From a bacterium (lineage in GTDB: Bacteria; T1Sed10-126): a DNA stretch of 64,000 nucleotides. The stretch lies in assembly GCA_003554945.1 (NCBI GenBank), contig PWHN01000057.1, positions 380-64,379 of the forward strand, read 5' to 3'. The notes below the pieces were generated by a model that saw only the letters and a program-made list of their open reading frames with translations, made no database searches and was not told the origin of the DNA. The stretch's first letter is position 1, and each line of letters begins with the position of its first letter. The position numbers and the translations under genes are program-made. Below, one piece after another: positions 1 through 10,862 of the stretch.

Positions 1-1
1 G

Positions 2-805
2 ACTGCGCAAATCTGCACCACGGGCGAGCATGTGAGTTGCAAAAGAGTGCCGCAACGTATGTGGGCTGACATCATTCAAACCAGCACGGGCTGCATATTT
101 TTTGACTATTTGCCAGATTTGCTGACGGCTTACTGGATCCCCGTCCGCATTAATAAATACTTCATTAACCGTCCCACGGGGGTCCCAGTCTTTTCTCACC
201 TCACGAAAATATTTGCGCAGCCATTTTAAAGCCTGACGTCCCAGGGGAACCAGTCGCTGCTTGTCCCCCTTACCGGTCACCCGCAGTTCACCACGCTCCC
301 AGTCAATGTTTTCACTTTTCAACCCGGCCGCTTCCGAAACCCGCAGACCGGCCCCGTAAAGCGACTCCAGCAGGGCCCGGTCCCTGACTTCAGGGCCGGG
401 TTCTTCTACTTCCGGTGCATCCAGTAACTGCTCAACCTCTTTTTCATCCAGATAGTCTGGAAACTGGTCCTGCTGACGCGGTCGATCCAGTTTTTCAAGC
501 GGATTAGAATCGACAACCTCTTTTTCCTTAAGAAAGCTAAAAAAACGATTCAGCGTGGCAAGCCGCCGACTGATAGTACGCCCGGCGTATTCGCCACTCC
601 GACAGAGCTCAAGATAATCAGTTAAAACGTATACGTCCACCTCGGACGGCGCTATTGATTTTGTCCGGACAAAATCTAAAAAATGGGACAGGTCGCTACA
701 GTAGGAATTAACTGTATTCTCTGCGAGCCCCTCTGAAACCAGCAACTGCTGGCGAAAAAGGTCCAGATAACGACCCCAATTAGTTGCTTTATCGGAGCCA
801 CTCAA
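2..805 (-). CDS. xerD: Tyrosine recombinase XerD/XerC type (3' end runs off the window)
   Basis: Manual translation from TTG at 805: ...EGLAENTVNSYCSDL..., LYGAGLRVSE and HTLRHSFATHMLARGADLRS at the window edge; xerD vs xerC not certain. Confidence 0.8.
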   Translation of the reverse strand, partial: MSGSDKATNWGRYLDLFRQQLLVSEGLAENTVNSYCSDLSHFLDFVRTKSIAPSEVDVYVLTDYLELCRSGEYAGRTISRRLATLNRFFSFLKEKEVVDSNPLEKLDRPRQQDQFPDYLDEKEVEQLLDAPEVEEPGPEVRDRALLESLYGAGLRVSEAAGLKSENIDWERGELRVTGKGDKQRLVPLGRQALKWLRKYFREVRKDWDPRGTVNEVFINADGDPVSRQQIWQIVKKYAARAGLNDVSPHTLRHSFATHMLARGADLRS

Positions 806-1977
806 CGGCCCGCTTGAACCGGCGCTGTCTCGCCATCTGTAAGATAATCAAGTCCCCAGACAAAAATTACCGCCAGCACCATAATCGCTAACAGACGAAT
901 ACTGGCAAGAGTGGTGGCTTCCTCCGGCAGCCACCGCCAGGGCCATATACCGCGCAAACAACCGAGCATAAACCCAATCAGCCCGGCCATTGTGTAGTCG
1001 TTGTAATTGGTCAGTAAATACTTTAAGAGACGTGAAATTGTTACGATACCGATTAACATCCCAGAGACAAAAATAATCAAATAGAGGATTTCACCGCCGG
1101 GCTGCCGACCGGCAGCCAGCCGGCTGTTGAAAAGATGGAGGAGGTTCAGGACAAAGGTGTAACTACTCAAAATCAAAAGAATATAGGCACCGCTGATGCC
1201 CGGCAAAATCATCGCTGATATGGCCAGGGCGCCGGAAACAAAGACAAACCAGTGAGGAGAACGGGGAATTAAAACATTGTCTCCCGCCGAAACATAAGTC
1301 TCAGCAGAGGTTTTTTCATCGTCAGAAAATAAATGTTGGTTTTCTTGCCGTCCCAGAACTTCCGAAACAGTCCCTGATGAATACTGCTCAAATAATAGCT
1401 GCTCCAGGGGCTGACCGCTGGATTCCACTTCAACCCAGATCCGTGGGCCGGCGGACCCACTGGCCCCGTGTCCCGTAACAAGCCAGCCAACTGTAAAAAG
1501 CACAATGAGAAAAACAATCGCTGGTATCAGCCGGCGAAAAGAACGGCTCTGAATGGCTCTCGCCGGCACGTGAACACTCCCCAGTATAAGTCCAAAAAAA
1601 GCAGCTCTGACGATAGCGGGATAACTCTCCAGAACAGGTGGGATAACTGCGCCACCAATGCTCAAAGCCGTAAATATGCCGGCACCAAGAATTAAGAAAA
1701 AAATGGCCTTGAGACGCCGCATCTCCGCCAGAACAGTTCCCGTAAAGGCTCTTGTCCCCCGCCCGATATTTCGAACACAATGAAAAACCCAGACCAGATC
1801 AAGTGAACCCAGGGCGGTTATCAACTCACGGTAAATTCCCAGCACAAGGGCCATTGTTCCGCCGCTAACACCGGGAATTACGTCAGCAATTCCCATGCAG
1901 ACCCCTTTTAAATATAGACAAATCCAACCAGTTAAATTTCGTCGTCTCTCGGACGAACTTTTCCTCTCCTCAACCAT
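802..1977 (-). CDS. DUF368 family membrane protein (undecaprenyl-phosphate translocase family)
   Basis: KGVCMGIADVIPGVSGGTMALVLGIY and AMILPGISGA motifs, many TM segments; start placed at ATG 1977 overlapping the pcm stop. Confidence 0.85.
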   Translation of the reverse strand: MVEERKSSSERRRNLTGWICLYLKGVCMGIADVIPGVSGGTMALVLGIYRELITALGSLDLVWVFHCVRNIGRGTRAFTGTVLAEMRRLKAIFFLILGAGIFTALSIGGAVIPPVLESYPAIVRAAFFGLILGSVHVPARAIQSRSFRRLIPAIVFLIVLFTVGWLVTGHGASGSAGPRIWVEVESSGQPLEQLLFEQYSSGTVSEVLGRQENQHLFSDDEKTSAETYVSAGDNVLIPRSPHWFVFVSGALAISAMILPGISGAYILLILSSYTFVLNLLHLFNSRLAAGRQPGGEILYLIIFVSGMLIGIVTISRLLKYLLTNYNDYTMAGLIGFMLGCLRGIWPWRWLPEEATTLASIRLLAIMVLAVIFVWGLDYLTDGETAPVQAGR

Positions 1978-2641
1978 CCCAGCCAAATACTCCCACCAGT
2001 GGCACAAAAACACATGAGATATTCTTGTGCCGTTCAAAATTGCCGGGTCCCTTCTTTATAACGACAGTCATTGTTTGCGAACGCCTCGACCCTACAGGAA
2101 TTACCATCCGACCGCCGTCGGCGAGTTGTTCTTCCAACGGCAGAGGAATTTTGGGGGCGGCGGCAGTGACAATTATTCTGTCGAAGGGCGCCTCTTCTTC
2201 CCAACCCCTGGTTCCATCTCCCACCTTAAACTTCACCTGATCGGCCAGCCCCAGGTTTTCGAGCCGCTGGCGGGCAAGATTAGTTAATGATTTACTCATC
2301 TCAACTGTAAAAATTTCTGCTCCTATTTTTGCTAAAATAGCAGTCTGATAGCCGGAGCCGGTTCCAATTTCAAGAACTTTTAACCCCGCCTCAACTTTTA
2401 ATTGTTGTGTCATCAGGGCGACAATTTAGGGCTGGGAGATCGTCTGCCCTTCCCCGATAGGCAGAGCACAATCATCATAGGCCCGGTTTCGGCGGGCCTC
2501 CGGAACAAACTTTTCACGAGGAATACTGCGGAATGCTTCTAAAACCCGGGGGTCGCTTATCCCGCGACGTTCGAGATGGTAGCGCACCATCTCTTCGCGT
2601 TTCTGCCGGAGCTTATCAGGTGAATTATAACTATTGCTCAC
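1970..2641 (-). pseudogene. pcm: Protein-L-isoaspartate O-methyltransferase interrupted by one in-frame TAA
   Basis: GQTISQP*IVALMT (TAA at 2428-2426 where Tyr is conserved); VLEIGTGSGY and APFDRIIVTAA motifs downstream in the same frame. Confidence 0.85.
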
Positions 2642-4755
2642 GGCAATAAATATCTTCCGGAAAATCTAAAGATTGAATTCATGTAATGTAGCGAGAGAGC
2701 ATATCGACGCCAGTCGCCCGGGCGCATGATATCTATTGGACTGCGAAATATACCCGTGTAATGGCCCCTTAAAACTTGATTGTAGTCGGACCAAGTTCTG
2801 CTGACAGAAAGTTCCGCAAGGTTCATCTGTTCGGCATCGCCAACCTCCAGCAAACTGAAATCATCCGGAATTGATTCTACTGTCGGATTTACAATAACAA
2901 AGGGCACGGCGTTGTTGCGCAAACGGTTAGCCAATCTCTGCAATTCTTCAGTTTCGGGGTAGTCAACCAGGCGGGGCGTAACAAGTATTACTCCCAGCGA
3001 ACCACGACGGCGAAATCCATAATCAAGTGCTCTATGTAGCGTCTCTTCAAAAACAGTGTCAGAACTGATAGATTGCCGGTAGGGGTGACTCCGCGCTATT
3101 GCGTTTCGGAGCAATGTCCTGTGCCGGGTCCGCGTCTGCACCGTCGGACGCGGAAACCCGTGAACTGACCATATAGATCCCTGAGAATCGGCGGGTGCTC
3201 CATTAATAACATCAAGTAAAAAATGCTGGATTTCTTCCCACTGAGTCCGGCTTTCGAAAGCATCGTCAACTACCATTACCCAGCTTGGCCCGTATTGATT
3301 CCGGGTCGGGCGCAGAAGACTTGGGAGTGCTTTACGCTCCTGGATCTCAATACCAAAGTTCTTATCTCCCAAATGTTGAAACCGGCTGCTCATAAGGGGA
3401 TCACGAATTATAAAATTCATCCTCATAACCGGATAATTCAAGAAATTTATACGTCTTTCTTGAAATAAAAGGTCCGGGTCAGGCTGTTCCGGCGGTCGGT
3501 AAATCGGCAGAAGACTGCCCTCAAACAACGAGAGTATTAGCCTGTCCCCACTAAACAATATATCGGCTACGTCACCGCCGGGCAGCGATTCGCCGTCGGC
3601 TTCAAGATAAACCGGATTCAGGTCGTCATCAAATTTAAAAAAAAGCGGTCCTCCGGCGGCATACAATTCCCCCTCGCGCCAGAAGAGACGGCGAACCCCG
3701 TGATCAGGATCAAGCTGATGAGTTTGTTTTTCATTTCCCCGCCGATCTAAAATTAATATTCTATCTTCTTCACGGTCCAGGACCCAGAACTCACCGTCCG
3801 GACTGAGAGCAACGTCCTGAACGTCAAAAAGCGGGGGAGCCTGCCAGACAGTTCCAATATATTGGCCCCGACGGGAAAATCTCACTATTTCTCTACCCCC
3901 GTCGTTATAAACATATATAGAACCGCCGGTGGCAAAACTGCGCATTGGGGACTCAAGACCGGTATCAATAAATATTTCCGGCTGACCATCAAGATCTATC
4001 AACGTCAACCGATCGGCGGCATATTCCGTAACTACTACCCCCCTGCCATCCAATACGGTTAAATCTGTCGGCCTCTGGAAACCACGCCAGCGATTCAACT
4101 GCTCCCCTTCCTCGGAGTAGAGAAAAATTCTCCCCAGCTTATAAGAGGCACTAAAAAAACCTCCGTTTTCTCGCGGCGCCAGAGCGACCGGATTCAGATT
4201 TTGTTTTCTACCGGCGGCTCGCCCACTTATACGTCCCTCTAAACGCCACTGCTCTCCGGGAACAGGCTGTGGAGGGTCATAATTTAACTGGTGACTATTT
4301 AATGCATTCTGGAATCTATCACGTCCTCCGCCGGGCCTGGTTAAACCCTCTTCCCAGGTTTCCAATGCTTTTTCATTTTTTCCGAGAGCATAATAAGTTT
4401 TCCCCAACCAGTAACGAGCTTCGTCGTAACCTGGATCACCGAGCAGGGCTCGTTCCAATCGCTCTTGAGCCATTACCAGATTCCCGTCCTGGTGATAAGC
4501 GAGATAGCCAAACGTGAACTGCGTTTCAGTATCCCCGGGATCAATTTCTTCCGGTTCCTCAACCTCCTCGGGGTCTTCAATAAAATCAATGTCATCCTCA
4601 GGCATTTCTTCTTCCGGCGGTTGCTCCAGCAGCTCCATCTCTTCTTCGGTAAATTCTTGCTGCGGCTCGCCCCTTAAAGGCTGAACACCCCCCAAACCAA
4701 TCAGGAAACCGACCAGTAATATAACCAGCAGCTTCAAGGTAACTGTTCCGCCCAT
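2638..4755 (-). CDS. Exported TPR + NHL/beta-propeller + vWA-like domain protein
   Basis: Signal peptide, acidic linker, TPR ([25 protein letters not shown]), NHL-like repeats ([28 protein letters not shown]). Confidence 0.6.
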   Translation of the reverse strand: MGGTVTLKLLVILLVGFLIGLGGVQPLRGEPQQEFTEEEMELLEQPPEEEMPEDDIDFIEDPEEVEEPEEIDPGDTETQFTFGYLAYHQDGNLVMAQERLERALLGDPGYDEARYWLGKTYYALGKNEKALETWEEGLTRPGGGRDRFQNALNSHQLNYDPPQPVPGEQWRLEGRISGRAAGRKQNLNPVALAPRENGGFFSASYKLGRIFLYSEEGEQLNRWRGFQRPTDLTVLDGRGVVVTEYAADRLTLIDLDGQPEIFIDTGLESPMRSFATGGSIYVYNDGGREIVRFSRRGQYIGTVWQAPPLFDVQDVALSPDGEFWVLDREEDRILILDRRGNEKQTHQLDPDHGVRRLFWREGELYAAGGPLFFKFDDDLNPVYLEADGESLPGGDVADILFSGDRLILSLFEGSLLPIYRPPEQPDPDLLFQERRINFLNYPVMRMNFIIRDPLMSSRFQHLGDKNFGIEIQERKALPSLLRPTRNQYGPSWVMVVDDAFESRTQWEEIQHFLLDVINGAPADSQGSIWSVHGFPRPTVQTRTRHRTLLRNAIARSHPYRQSISSDTVFEETLHRALDYGFRRRGSLGVILVTPRLVDYPETEELQRLANRLRNNAVPFVIVNPTVESIPDDFSLLEVGDAEQMNLAELSVSRTWSDYNQVLRGHYTGIFRSPIDIMRPGDWRRYALSLHYMNSIFRFSGRYLLP

Positions 4756-5513
4756 CTTGAGTCCGGATAGTCTGACAGCAGGCGCCGTCTATAACGCTGC
4801 GCTCGTTCAGATTCACCGGCTAAATTTTCTGAAATAAACCAGGCTCCATATAGAATTTCAGGGGTCCGGGGATGACCAAAAAAATTGGATAGGAAACGAT
4901 CTCCCGCCTGCAGAGCCAGCTCAATTTCAGCCTGGCTTTCATAAAAGACAAACAACCTGTAGAGGGCCTCAGCACGAACTTCAGGTCTACCAGTTTCATC
5001 AATTATATGTTGGAGGAAGGAGACAATTTGAGAGGCATTACCCTGACGAGCATAATCCTGTAGGCGGGAAAAATCAGGATCGTCCACATTTACCTCAAAT
5101 TCATCTGATATCTCAGCCGTATCAGATTCAGTTTCTCTTTCAGCAACAAGGTGAAGCCCGGCAAAAGTCAACGACGCTCCAATAACAAAACCAACAACAG
5201 CGAGTAAAAAAATTGTCTTCCCCCGCCGAAAAAAAGCGACAGTCGAATTTTGAGGTTCAGATTTTTTAGGCGGGTCAACTACTTTTACCCGCCTGTCGGA
5301 ATCTTTTTCATTTTTTTCAAATTGGATTGGTTCGGGAAAGGAATTGTCCTTAGAATGTTGGCTGCAGCGGCCTTTCGCCCCCTCAACCGGCCAGCGTGAA
5401 CAGGGAGTTCCAGCTTCAAGAGGAACTCCGCAAACTTCTCTCCCCAGCTCTTTTTCTAACTGTTCAATTTTTTCCTCATGTCGAGAGGACCAACCGGCCT
5501 CAATTTGAGCCAA
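4734..5513 (-). CDS. Single-TM protein with N-terminal Cys/His (Zn-finger-like) motif and C-terminal TPR-like region
   Basis: C-x9-C-x11-C-x2-H motif, one TM helix, C-terminal [15 protein letters not shown] typical of BamD/YbgF-like TPR ends. Confidence 0.55.
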   Translation of the reverse strand: MAQIEAGWSSRHEEKIEQLEKELGREVCGVPLEAGTPCSRWPVEGAKGRCSQHSKDNSFPEPIQFEKNEKDSDRRVKVVDPPKKSEPQNSTVAFFRRGKTIFLLAVVGFVIGASLTFAGLHLVAERETESDTAEISDEFEVNVDDPDFSRLQDYARQGNASQIVSFLQHIIDETGRPEVRAEALYRLFVFYESQAEIELALQAGDRFLSNFFGHPRTPEILYGAWFISENLAGESERAQRYRRRLLSDYPDSRWAEQLP

Positions 5514-5518
5514 ACCTA

Positions 5519-7273
5519 TCAGCCTTTCATAGCGTTAGGCAGTTCATCCCCCAGGAGATCGCCAAAAGTTATGCCGTCACCACCGCCACCTTCTTCTTCC
5601 ATATACTCCTCCATCTGCTCCTTTGCTCTTTCCTTCTCGTATTCCTTAATGCTCAGATCTATCTTACGCTCATCCTCATCAACCCCAATGACTTTCACCT
5701 TGACTTTTTCGCCTTCTGAAATTTCTTCATAAGGGTTGACTCGTTTACCATCGGCCATCTCGCTGACGTGGACAAGGCCTTCCAGGTCTTTATCAATTTT
5801 AACAAAAGCACCAAACTGAAGAACACTCGTCACCTTGCCCTCAACTGTTGAGCCCACCGGGTATTTGCGAACTTTCTTAACCCATGGGTTAGGCAACATC
5901 TGTTTAATTCCGAGTTCAACCCGCTGCCGGTTGGGGTCCATGGCAAGCACTTTACATTTGACCTGCTGACCAATTTTGAACTGGTCAAACAGATCCACCT
6001 CTTTATCCTCCCATTGAATATTCCTCTTTTGAATCCGTCCCCGGACATTTTCCAGCAACTGTACTTTTATGTCATTCGGAGTTATATCAACCACTGGGGC
6101 AGCAAGCACCGTTCCGACCGGGAATCGCTTCTGGAGAACCTCCCAGGGGTTCTTCTGGGTTTGCTTATGACTCAAAAGAACGTGCCGGCGCTGTTTATCA
6201 ATTGAAACAATCTTCACTTCCATCTTATCCCCTTCGGCGAACTGTTCCTCTGGATGATCCCAGGTCTTGGCCCAGGAGAGCTCATCCTCGGGCACCTTCC
6301 CTTCGACGTCCCGTTCAAGACGTATAAATACTCCATCACTCCAGACATCAACTATCTCACCGGTGGTTATATCTCCTTCTGAATATTTTTCATCAATATT
6401 CTCCCAGGGATCCGGATATTTCTGTTTCAAACCAAGCGAGACCTTTCCTTCTTCTCTATCCATATCCAGCACTTTTACCTCAATTTTTTTCTGCATTTCA
6501 ACGTAGTCACCCACGTCCCTTACTGGACCCCAGGCGACGTCGCTTTTGTGCAAAAGTCCATCCACAGGTCCAAGGTCAACGAAGGCACCAAAATTAACAA
6601 TATTTTTTACACGTCCTTCAACCCAATCCCCTATAGAAATATCCTCAAAGAACTCTTGTTGCTCTTTTTGCCGTTCCTGTTCCAAAAATTCGCGGCGGCT
6701 GACGACAACATTTTCCTCTTCCCGATCATACTCGAGGACCTTCAGCTTGAAAGAACGATCAATGTATTTGTCGGTATTTTTCTTATGGCTCAAACTCAGG
6801 TGAGAATACGGCATAAAGGAGGTAAGATGCTCAAACAGTTGAACCAGAAAGCCCCCTTTGATCTTCTTAAATATTTTACCTTCCAGGACGTCTCCGTTCT
6901 CATGCGCCGCTTTAATTTTTGCCCATGATCGATCAGCCACTGCCTCTTTTTCACTTAAAAGCGGCAGATTATCACGGTGTTCAGTTTCAATAATTTTTAC
7001 ATACTTTTTGTCACCAACGGAAACCCCTCCCTCGTGAAGCTTATCAAACGGCAAAACACCATCGGCGGGACCACCAAAATCAACTAAGGCGTGATCGTCC
7101 TCCAACCGGACAACTTCGGCGCCGTATATTGCTCCTTTTTTAATTTCAGCCATCTGTAGTTCTTCTTCCTCTTCGCTTACCTCTTCCTCTTGGACTTCCT
7201 CTTCGGCTGAGACAGTCTCGTAATCGAAATCCTCGTCCTCAGGATCCAACATCGTGGGTTTGGGGTCTACCAT
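5519..7273 (-). CDS. rpsA: 30S ribosomal protein S1
   Basis: Multiple S1 domains (VKNIVNFGAFVDLGPVDGLLHKSD; VLQFGAFVKIDKDLEGLVHVSE); next to cmk. Confidence 0.95.
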   Translation of the reverse strand: MVDPKPTMLDPEDEDFDYETVSAEEEVQEEEVSEEEEELQMAEIKKGAIYGAEVVRLEDDHALVDFGGPADGVLPFDKLHEGGVSVGDKKYVKIIETEHRDNLPLLSEKEAVADRSWAKIKAAHENGDVLEGKIFKKIKGGFLVQLFEHLTSFMPYSHLSLSHKKNTDKYIDRSFKLKVLEYDREEENVVVSRREFLEQERQKEQQEFFEDISIGDWVEGRVKNIVNFGAFVDLGPVDGLLHKSDVAWGPVRDVGDYVEMQKKIEVKVLDMDREEGKVSLGLKQKYPDPWENIDEKYSEGDITTGEIVDVWSDGVFIRLERDVEGKVPEDELSWAKTWDHPEEQFAEGDKMEVKIVSIDKQRRHVLLSHKQTQKNPWEVLQKRFPVGTVLAAPVVDITPNDIKVQLLENVRGRIQKRNIQWEDKEVDLFDQFKIGQQVKCKVLAMDPNRQRVELGIKQMLPNPWVKKVRKYPVGSTVEGKVTSVLQFGAFVKIDKDLEGLVHVSEMADGKRVNPYEEISEGEKVKVKVIGVDEDERKIDLSIKEYEKERAKEQMEEYMEEEGGGGDGITFGDLLGDELPNAMKG

Positions 7274-7304
7274 CGCCGCTTAAAACCTCCTGTTAAAAAT
7301 TAAT

Positions 7305-7970
7305 TTACTCACTATTTTTGAGATTAACAACTGCAGAACGTATCCGCTCCGCCACTTTTCTATATGTTTTACGGTCCGGATTGTCCATATCCAGATCATC
7401 AAAATTTATCATTTTGCCAAAAGTCACGGTTGTTTTACGGGGCCGGGGTAACATTTTTCCCGGCGGCCAGGCTTCAAAAGTTCCATCTATGTAACCCGGC
7501 AGGACACCAACGCCGGCGTCAAGAACTATCTTCCCCACTCCCGCCTTAAAATCTTGAACACTCCCATCCCTTGTTCTCGTCCCCTCGGGAAACATTAACA
7601 ATAAATTTTTCTTTTTTAGAATTTCAACCGCTTTTTTCATTGCTCCCCGGTCAAATCCCCCTCGCTTTACAGGAAAGGAATGGTATGCCCGAATAAGTGA
7701 ACCAAAAATGGGAATGTCATGAAGGGATTGCTTGGCCATATAATAGACTGGCCGGGGCAGATCAACGCCAACTAAAGGCGGGTCAAGCACACTGGCATGG
7801 TTTGTGGCTATCACAGCTCCTTCTCGCTGAGGAAGATTTTCAACACCTTTTGTTTCATGTCTGAAATAGAGGTTGAACATTGCTTTGACCGGTGGCTGGG
7901 CCCAACGATAATACCAGCGACGCTGCGCCCTGACCGGTATCTTCATGTCATGCATCTTGTTTGGCTTCAA
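7305..7970 (-). CDS. plsC: 1-acyl-sn-glycerol-3-phosphate acyltransferase
   Basis: NHASVLD and FPEGTRT motifs. Confidence 0.9.
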   Translation of the reverse strand: MKPNKMHDMKIPVRAQRRWYYRWAQPPVKAMFNLYFRHETKGVENLPQREGAVIATNHASVLDPPLVGVDLPRPVYYMAKQSLHDIPIFGSLIRAYHSFPVKRGGFDRGAMKKAVEILKKKNLLLMFPEGTRTRDGSVQDFKAGVGKIVLDAGVGVLPGYIDGTFEAWPPGKMLPRPRKTTVTFGKMINFDDLDMDNPDRKTYRKVAERIRSAVVNLKNSE

Positions 7971-8628
7971 TCTTCTCCATTATTTTTTCAACTACTTCTT
8001 CAATTGTAAAATCAGAGGTGTCTATTATACAAGCATCCTCCGCTGGTTTCAAAGGCCCTGACGCCCTACCGCGGTCGGTCGCATCTCGTTCTTCAATTTC
8101 TTCTACCACAGAATTAAAGCTAACGTCTTCGCTAGCCTGCTGTAATTCATTATACCGCCTCTGAGCACGTATATCAAGCGTAGCGTCTAAATAAAATTTA
8201 TAACGAGCTTGAGGAAAAACAACGGTCCCAATATCCCTTCCGTCCATTATTACTTTGCCCTCCTCGCCAAGAGCCTGCTGTTTTTCAACTAATTTTTCCC
8301 GCACCCCTGGCAGAGCAGCCACTTTACTTACCTGCTGGTTCACACGATTACGCCTGATATCCTTGCTTACGTCCTCGCCGTCCATAAAAACCTTCAACCC
8401 ATCATCTTTAAAACTCATCCTCATCGTAGTGTCATTTAATAAGTCGACCAGACTATCCTCATCCTCGACGGAAATCGAGCTTTGAAGGGCCTTCAGACAG
8501 AGACACCTATACATCGCTCCCGTGTCAATATAGTCCCAATCAAGTCTTTTGGCTAGCTCTTTCGAAACTGTACTCTTCCCGCTGCCAGCGGGTCCATCCA
8601 CAGCAATAACTTCCTGTTCTTCTGTCAA
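7948..8628 (-). CDS. cmk: Cytidylate kinase
   Basis: DGPAGSGKST, DTGAMYR, MDGRDIGTVVFP. Confidence 0.97.
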   Translation of the reverse strand: MTEEQEVIAVDGPAGSGKSTVSKELAKRLDWDYIDTGAMYRCLCLKALQSSISVEDEDSLVDLLNDTTMRMSFKDDGLKVFMDGEDVSKDIRRNRVNQQVSKVAALPGVREKLVEKQQALGEEGKVIMDGRDIGTVVFPQARYKFYLDATLDIRAQRRYNELQQASEDVSFNSVVEEIEERDATDRGRASGPLKPAEDACIIDTSDFTIEEVVEKIMEKIEAKQDA

Positions 8629-8650
8629 AGTTGATCAACCCTATCTTGTG

Positions 8651-9742
8651 TTAAATTATCTTCACTCCTGTTGCTCTATCCTGCAATAACTCACGCGCTT
8701 TTGCTTGCTCCGTCTGCCGACGAAAAGCAAGCCTGATTGTTCCTTTTTCCCCTTCCCGCACACGAAGCACCTCAATATCACATATATTAACCTCTTCCTC
8801 ACCCAATATACCTGTTATTTCAGCCAGTATACCGGGACTATCCGGAGCCTGAATTCTTAGTTCATAAAGAGTCCCCACAAGACCTTTCGCTTTTTCCGGA
8901 ATAAGACTTCGTATTTTGGCCGCCTGACTCAGCCAGGCGCTAACCTCCGGCCAGTCTTCCTCCTCAATCAATCGCTTCACTTTTTCAATTCGTCCCTCAA
9001 ACTCTGCAAGTGCCTCCAGAACTTTCTCCCTGTTAGTTTCCAGGATGTCACGCCAGAGAGCCGGATCACTTGAGGCTATTCGAGTGGTATCTCTAAACCC
9101 ACCGGCCGCGAGCGGCAAAGCATCTTTTTCATAATCTTCCACTCCGCCAACCGCGTGAATAAGAGCGGCGGCACCAACGTGCGGCAGGTGACTGATATGA
9201 GCGGCAACTCGATCGTGTTGGGCGGGCGACAGTTCCATAATATGAGCACCAAGTTGCTCCCATATTTGTCGCACTTCGTTAAGCTTATCACATCTGCCTG
9301 ACGACGGCGTCAGCACACAGATGGCGTTTTCAAACAGCAGCGGATCTGAGGCTTCAAGTCCCTGTTTTTCTGAACCTGCCATCGGATGAGCCCCCACAAA
9401 TTCAACCGAATCCGGAAGAATTTCAGCGGCGCGGCTGCATATCCATTCTTTGGTCGAACCAACATCAGTAACAAAACCGGGCTGGTTCCCTCCAGACGCA
9501 ACCTCTTTCAGCACCTGTGGCATAGAAGGGACAGGCAGTGCCAGCAGAAGGCCGTCTACTTCCTCTGGCAAGTCTCCCGGCTCATATGCGCTCTCAATTA
9601 TCTCGTTTTTTAGAGCTAATTGCAATCGTTCACTGTCCCGATCCCAGCCGCTAACCACAATTTTTGTGTCGGATAACCCCCGGGCTATAGATCCTCCTAT
9701 CAGTCCCAGACCAACGATGTGTAAATTCAATTCAGAATCCAC
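8651..9742 (-). CDS. tyrA: Prephenate/arogenate dehydrogenase with C-terminal ACT domain
   Basis: GLGLIGGS, TDVGSTK, HPMAGSE, SHLPH, GFRDTTRIA. Confidence 0.93.
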   Translation of the reverse strand: MDSELNLHIVGLGLIGGSIARGLSDTKIVVSGWDRDSERLQLALKNEIIESAYEPGDLPEEVDGLLLALPVPSMPQVLKEVASGGNQPGFVTDVGSTKEWICSRAAEILPDSVEFVGAHPMAGSEKQGLEASDPLLFENAICVLTPSSGRCDKLNEVRQIWEQLGAHIMELSPAQHDRVAAHISHLPHVGAAALIHAVGGVEDYEKDALPLAAGGFRDTTRIASSDPALWRDILETNREKVLEALAEFEGRIEKVKRLIEEEDWPEVSAWLSQAAKIRSLIPEKAKGLVGTLYELRIQAPDSPGILAEITGILGEEEVNICDIEVLRVREGEKGTIRLAFRRQTEQAKARELLQDRATGVKII

Positions 9743-10862
9743 AAACCTGGTCCAGAGCTGCTAAAAATTGGTCGTTTTCTTCCCGTCTACCAACTGTCAG
9801 CCGGAAATGGTTTTTAAGACCGTAAGGGGCCATAGAACGAACTATAACCCCTTCAGGGAGCAGGTCTTCAAACAACTGCTCCCCAGTAAAATCTCCGGGT
9901 GCTTCCACTAAAATAAAATTTGCTGACGGTGGAACGTAATTGATTTGTCGCCGGTCAAATTCTTTTAACAAACGCTCACGCTCTGAAATAATTTTTTTAC
10001 GGGAGGTTTCCAAAAATTCTGCCTCGTTTAGTGCTGCCTTCGCCAGCGCCTGAGCGGGCCGGTTCACATTGAAAGGTGGACGTACCTTGTGTAGCTCGGA
10101 GGCCAGCTCCGGCTCCATAAGTCCATAGCCGACCCGTAAGCCTGGCAGCGCATAAGCTTTGGAAAAAGTTCGCAATACAACAACACCGGCCTGACCGGCG
10201 TTACGAGTTTTTAGAAAATCAATCCCGTTTGGATAGTCCGGTTGCGTCATCAACTCAAAATATGCCTCATCTATGAGCAGTAGACAGTGACCTGGTAATC
10301 GCTCATAAAACTCCTTGAATTCCTGTTTTGAAAGGTAACGGGAGGTGGGATTGTTTGGATTAGGGATACAAACCCAGCGGGTCTGCGGGCCAATCTGCTT
10401 AAGCATCGCTTCGAGGTTCAGATCAAAATTATCGTCAACCGGCACCGGTTTGGGTTCTGCTCCCATCATCAGGGCATCCATTTGATAGATAACAAACGAG
10501 GGATCGCCGCAGACAATCTCCAGCCCCGGTTCCAGAGTCGCCTTGGCCAGGCAATCAAGAATCTCGTCACTGCCCGCACCTACTACTATACCTTCTGCCG
10601 GCCAGTCATATTTATCGGCCAGAGCTTCACGCAGGTAAAAACAACCGCCATCCGGGTAGCGATTTAACTTCGAAAACTCCTGTTCGTAAATGTTTTTCAA
10701 CTGGGCCGGTGGTGAATATGGGTTTTCGTTCGAAGCCAGCTTCACCGGCAGCTCATCAAGATTGTATTTGGCCTGTATCTCTTCCATTGGTTTCCCCGGT
10801 TCATAGGCCTGTAACCTGTTCAGTGAATCCCGCACTCTGTAAGGTGATTCTTTATCCGTCAT
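9732..10862 (-). CDS. hisC: Histidinol-phosphate/aromatic aminotransferase
   Basis: KLASNENP, NPNNPT, DEAY, RTFSKAY; start at ATG 10862. Confidence 0.93.
   Translation of the reverse strand: MTDKESPYRVRDSLNRLQAYEPGKPMEEIQAKYNLDELPVKLASNENPYSPPAQLKNIYEQEFSKLNRYPDGGCFYLREALADKYDWPAEGIVVGAGSDEILDCLAKATLEPGLEIVCGDPSFVIYQMDALMMGAEPKPVPVDDNFDLNLEAMLKQIGPQTRWVCIPNPNNPTSRYLSKQEFKEFYERLPGHCLLLIDEAYFELMTQPDYPNGIDFLKTRNAGQAGVVVLRTFSKAYALPGLRVGYGLMEPELASELHKVRPPFNVNRPAQALAKAALNEAEFLETSRKKIISERERLLKEFDRRQINYVPPSANFILVEAPGDFTGEQLFEDLLPEGVIVRSMAPYGLKNHFRLTVGRREENDQFLAALDQVCGF

Noticed and set aside
2426-2428. Stop-codon reassignment or Sec/Pyl recoding in pcm
   Set aside because: Codon is TAA, used as a normal terminator throughout the window
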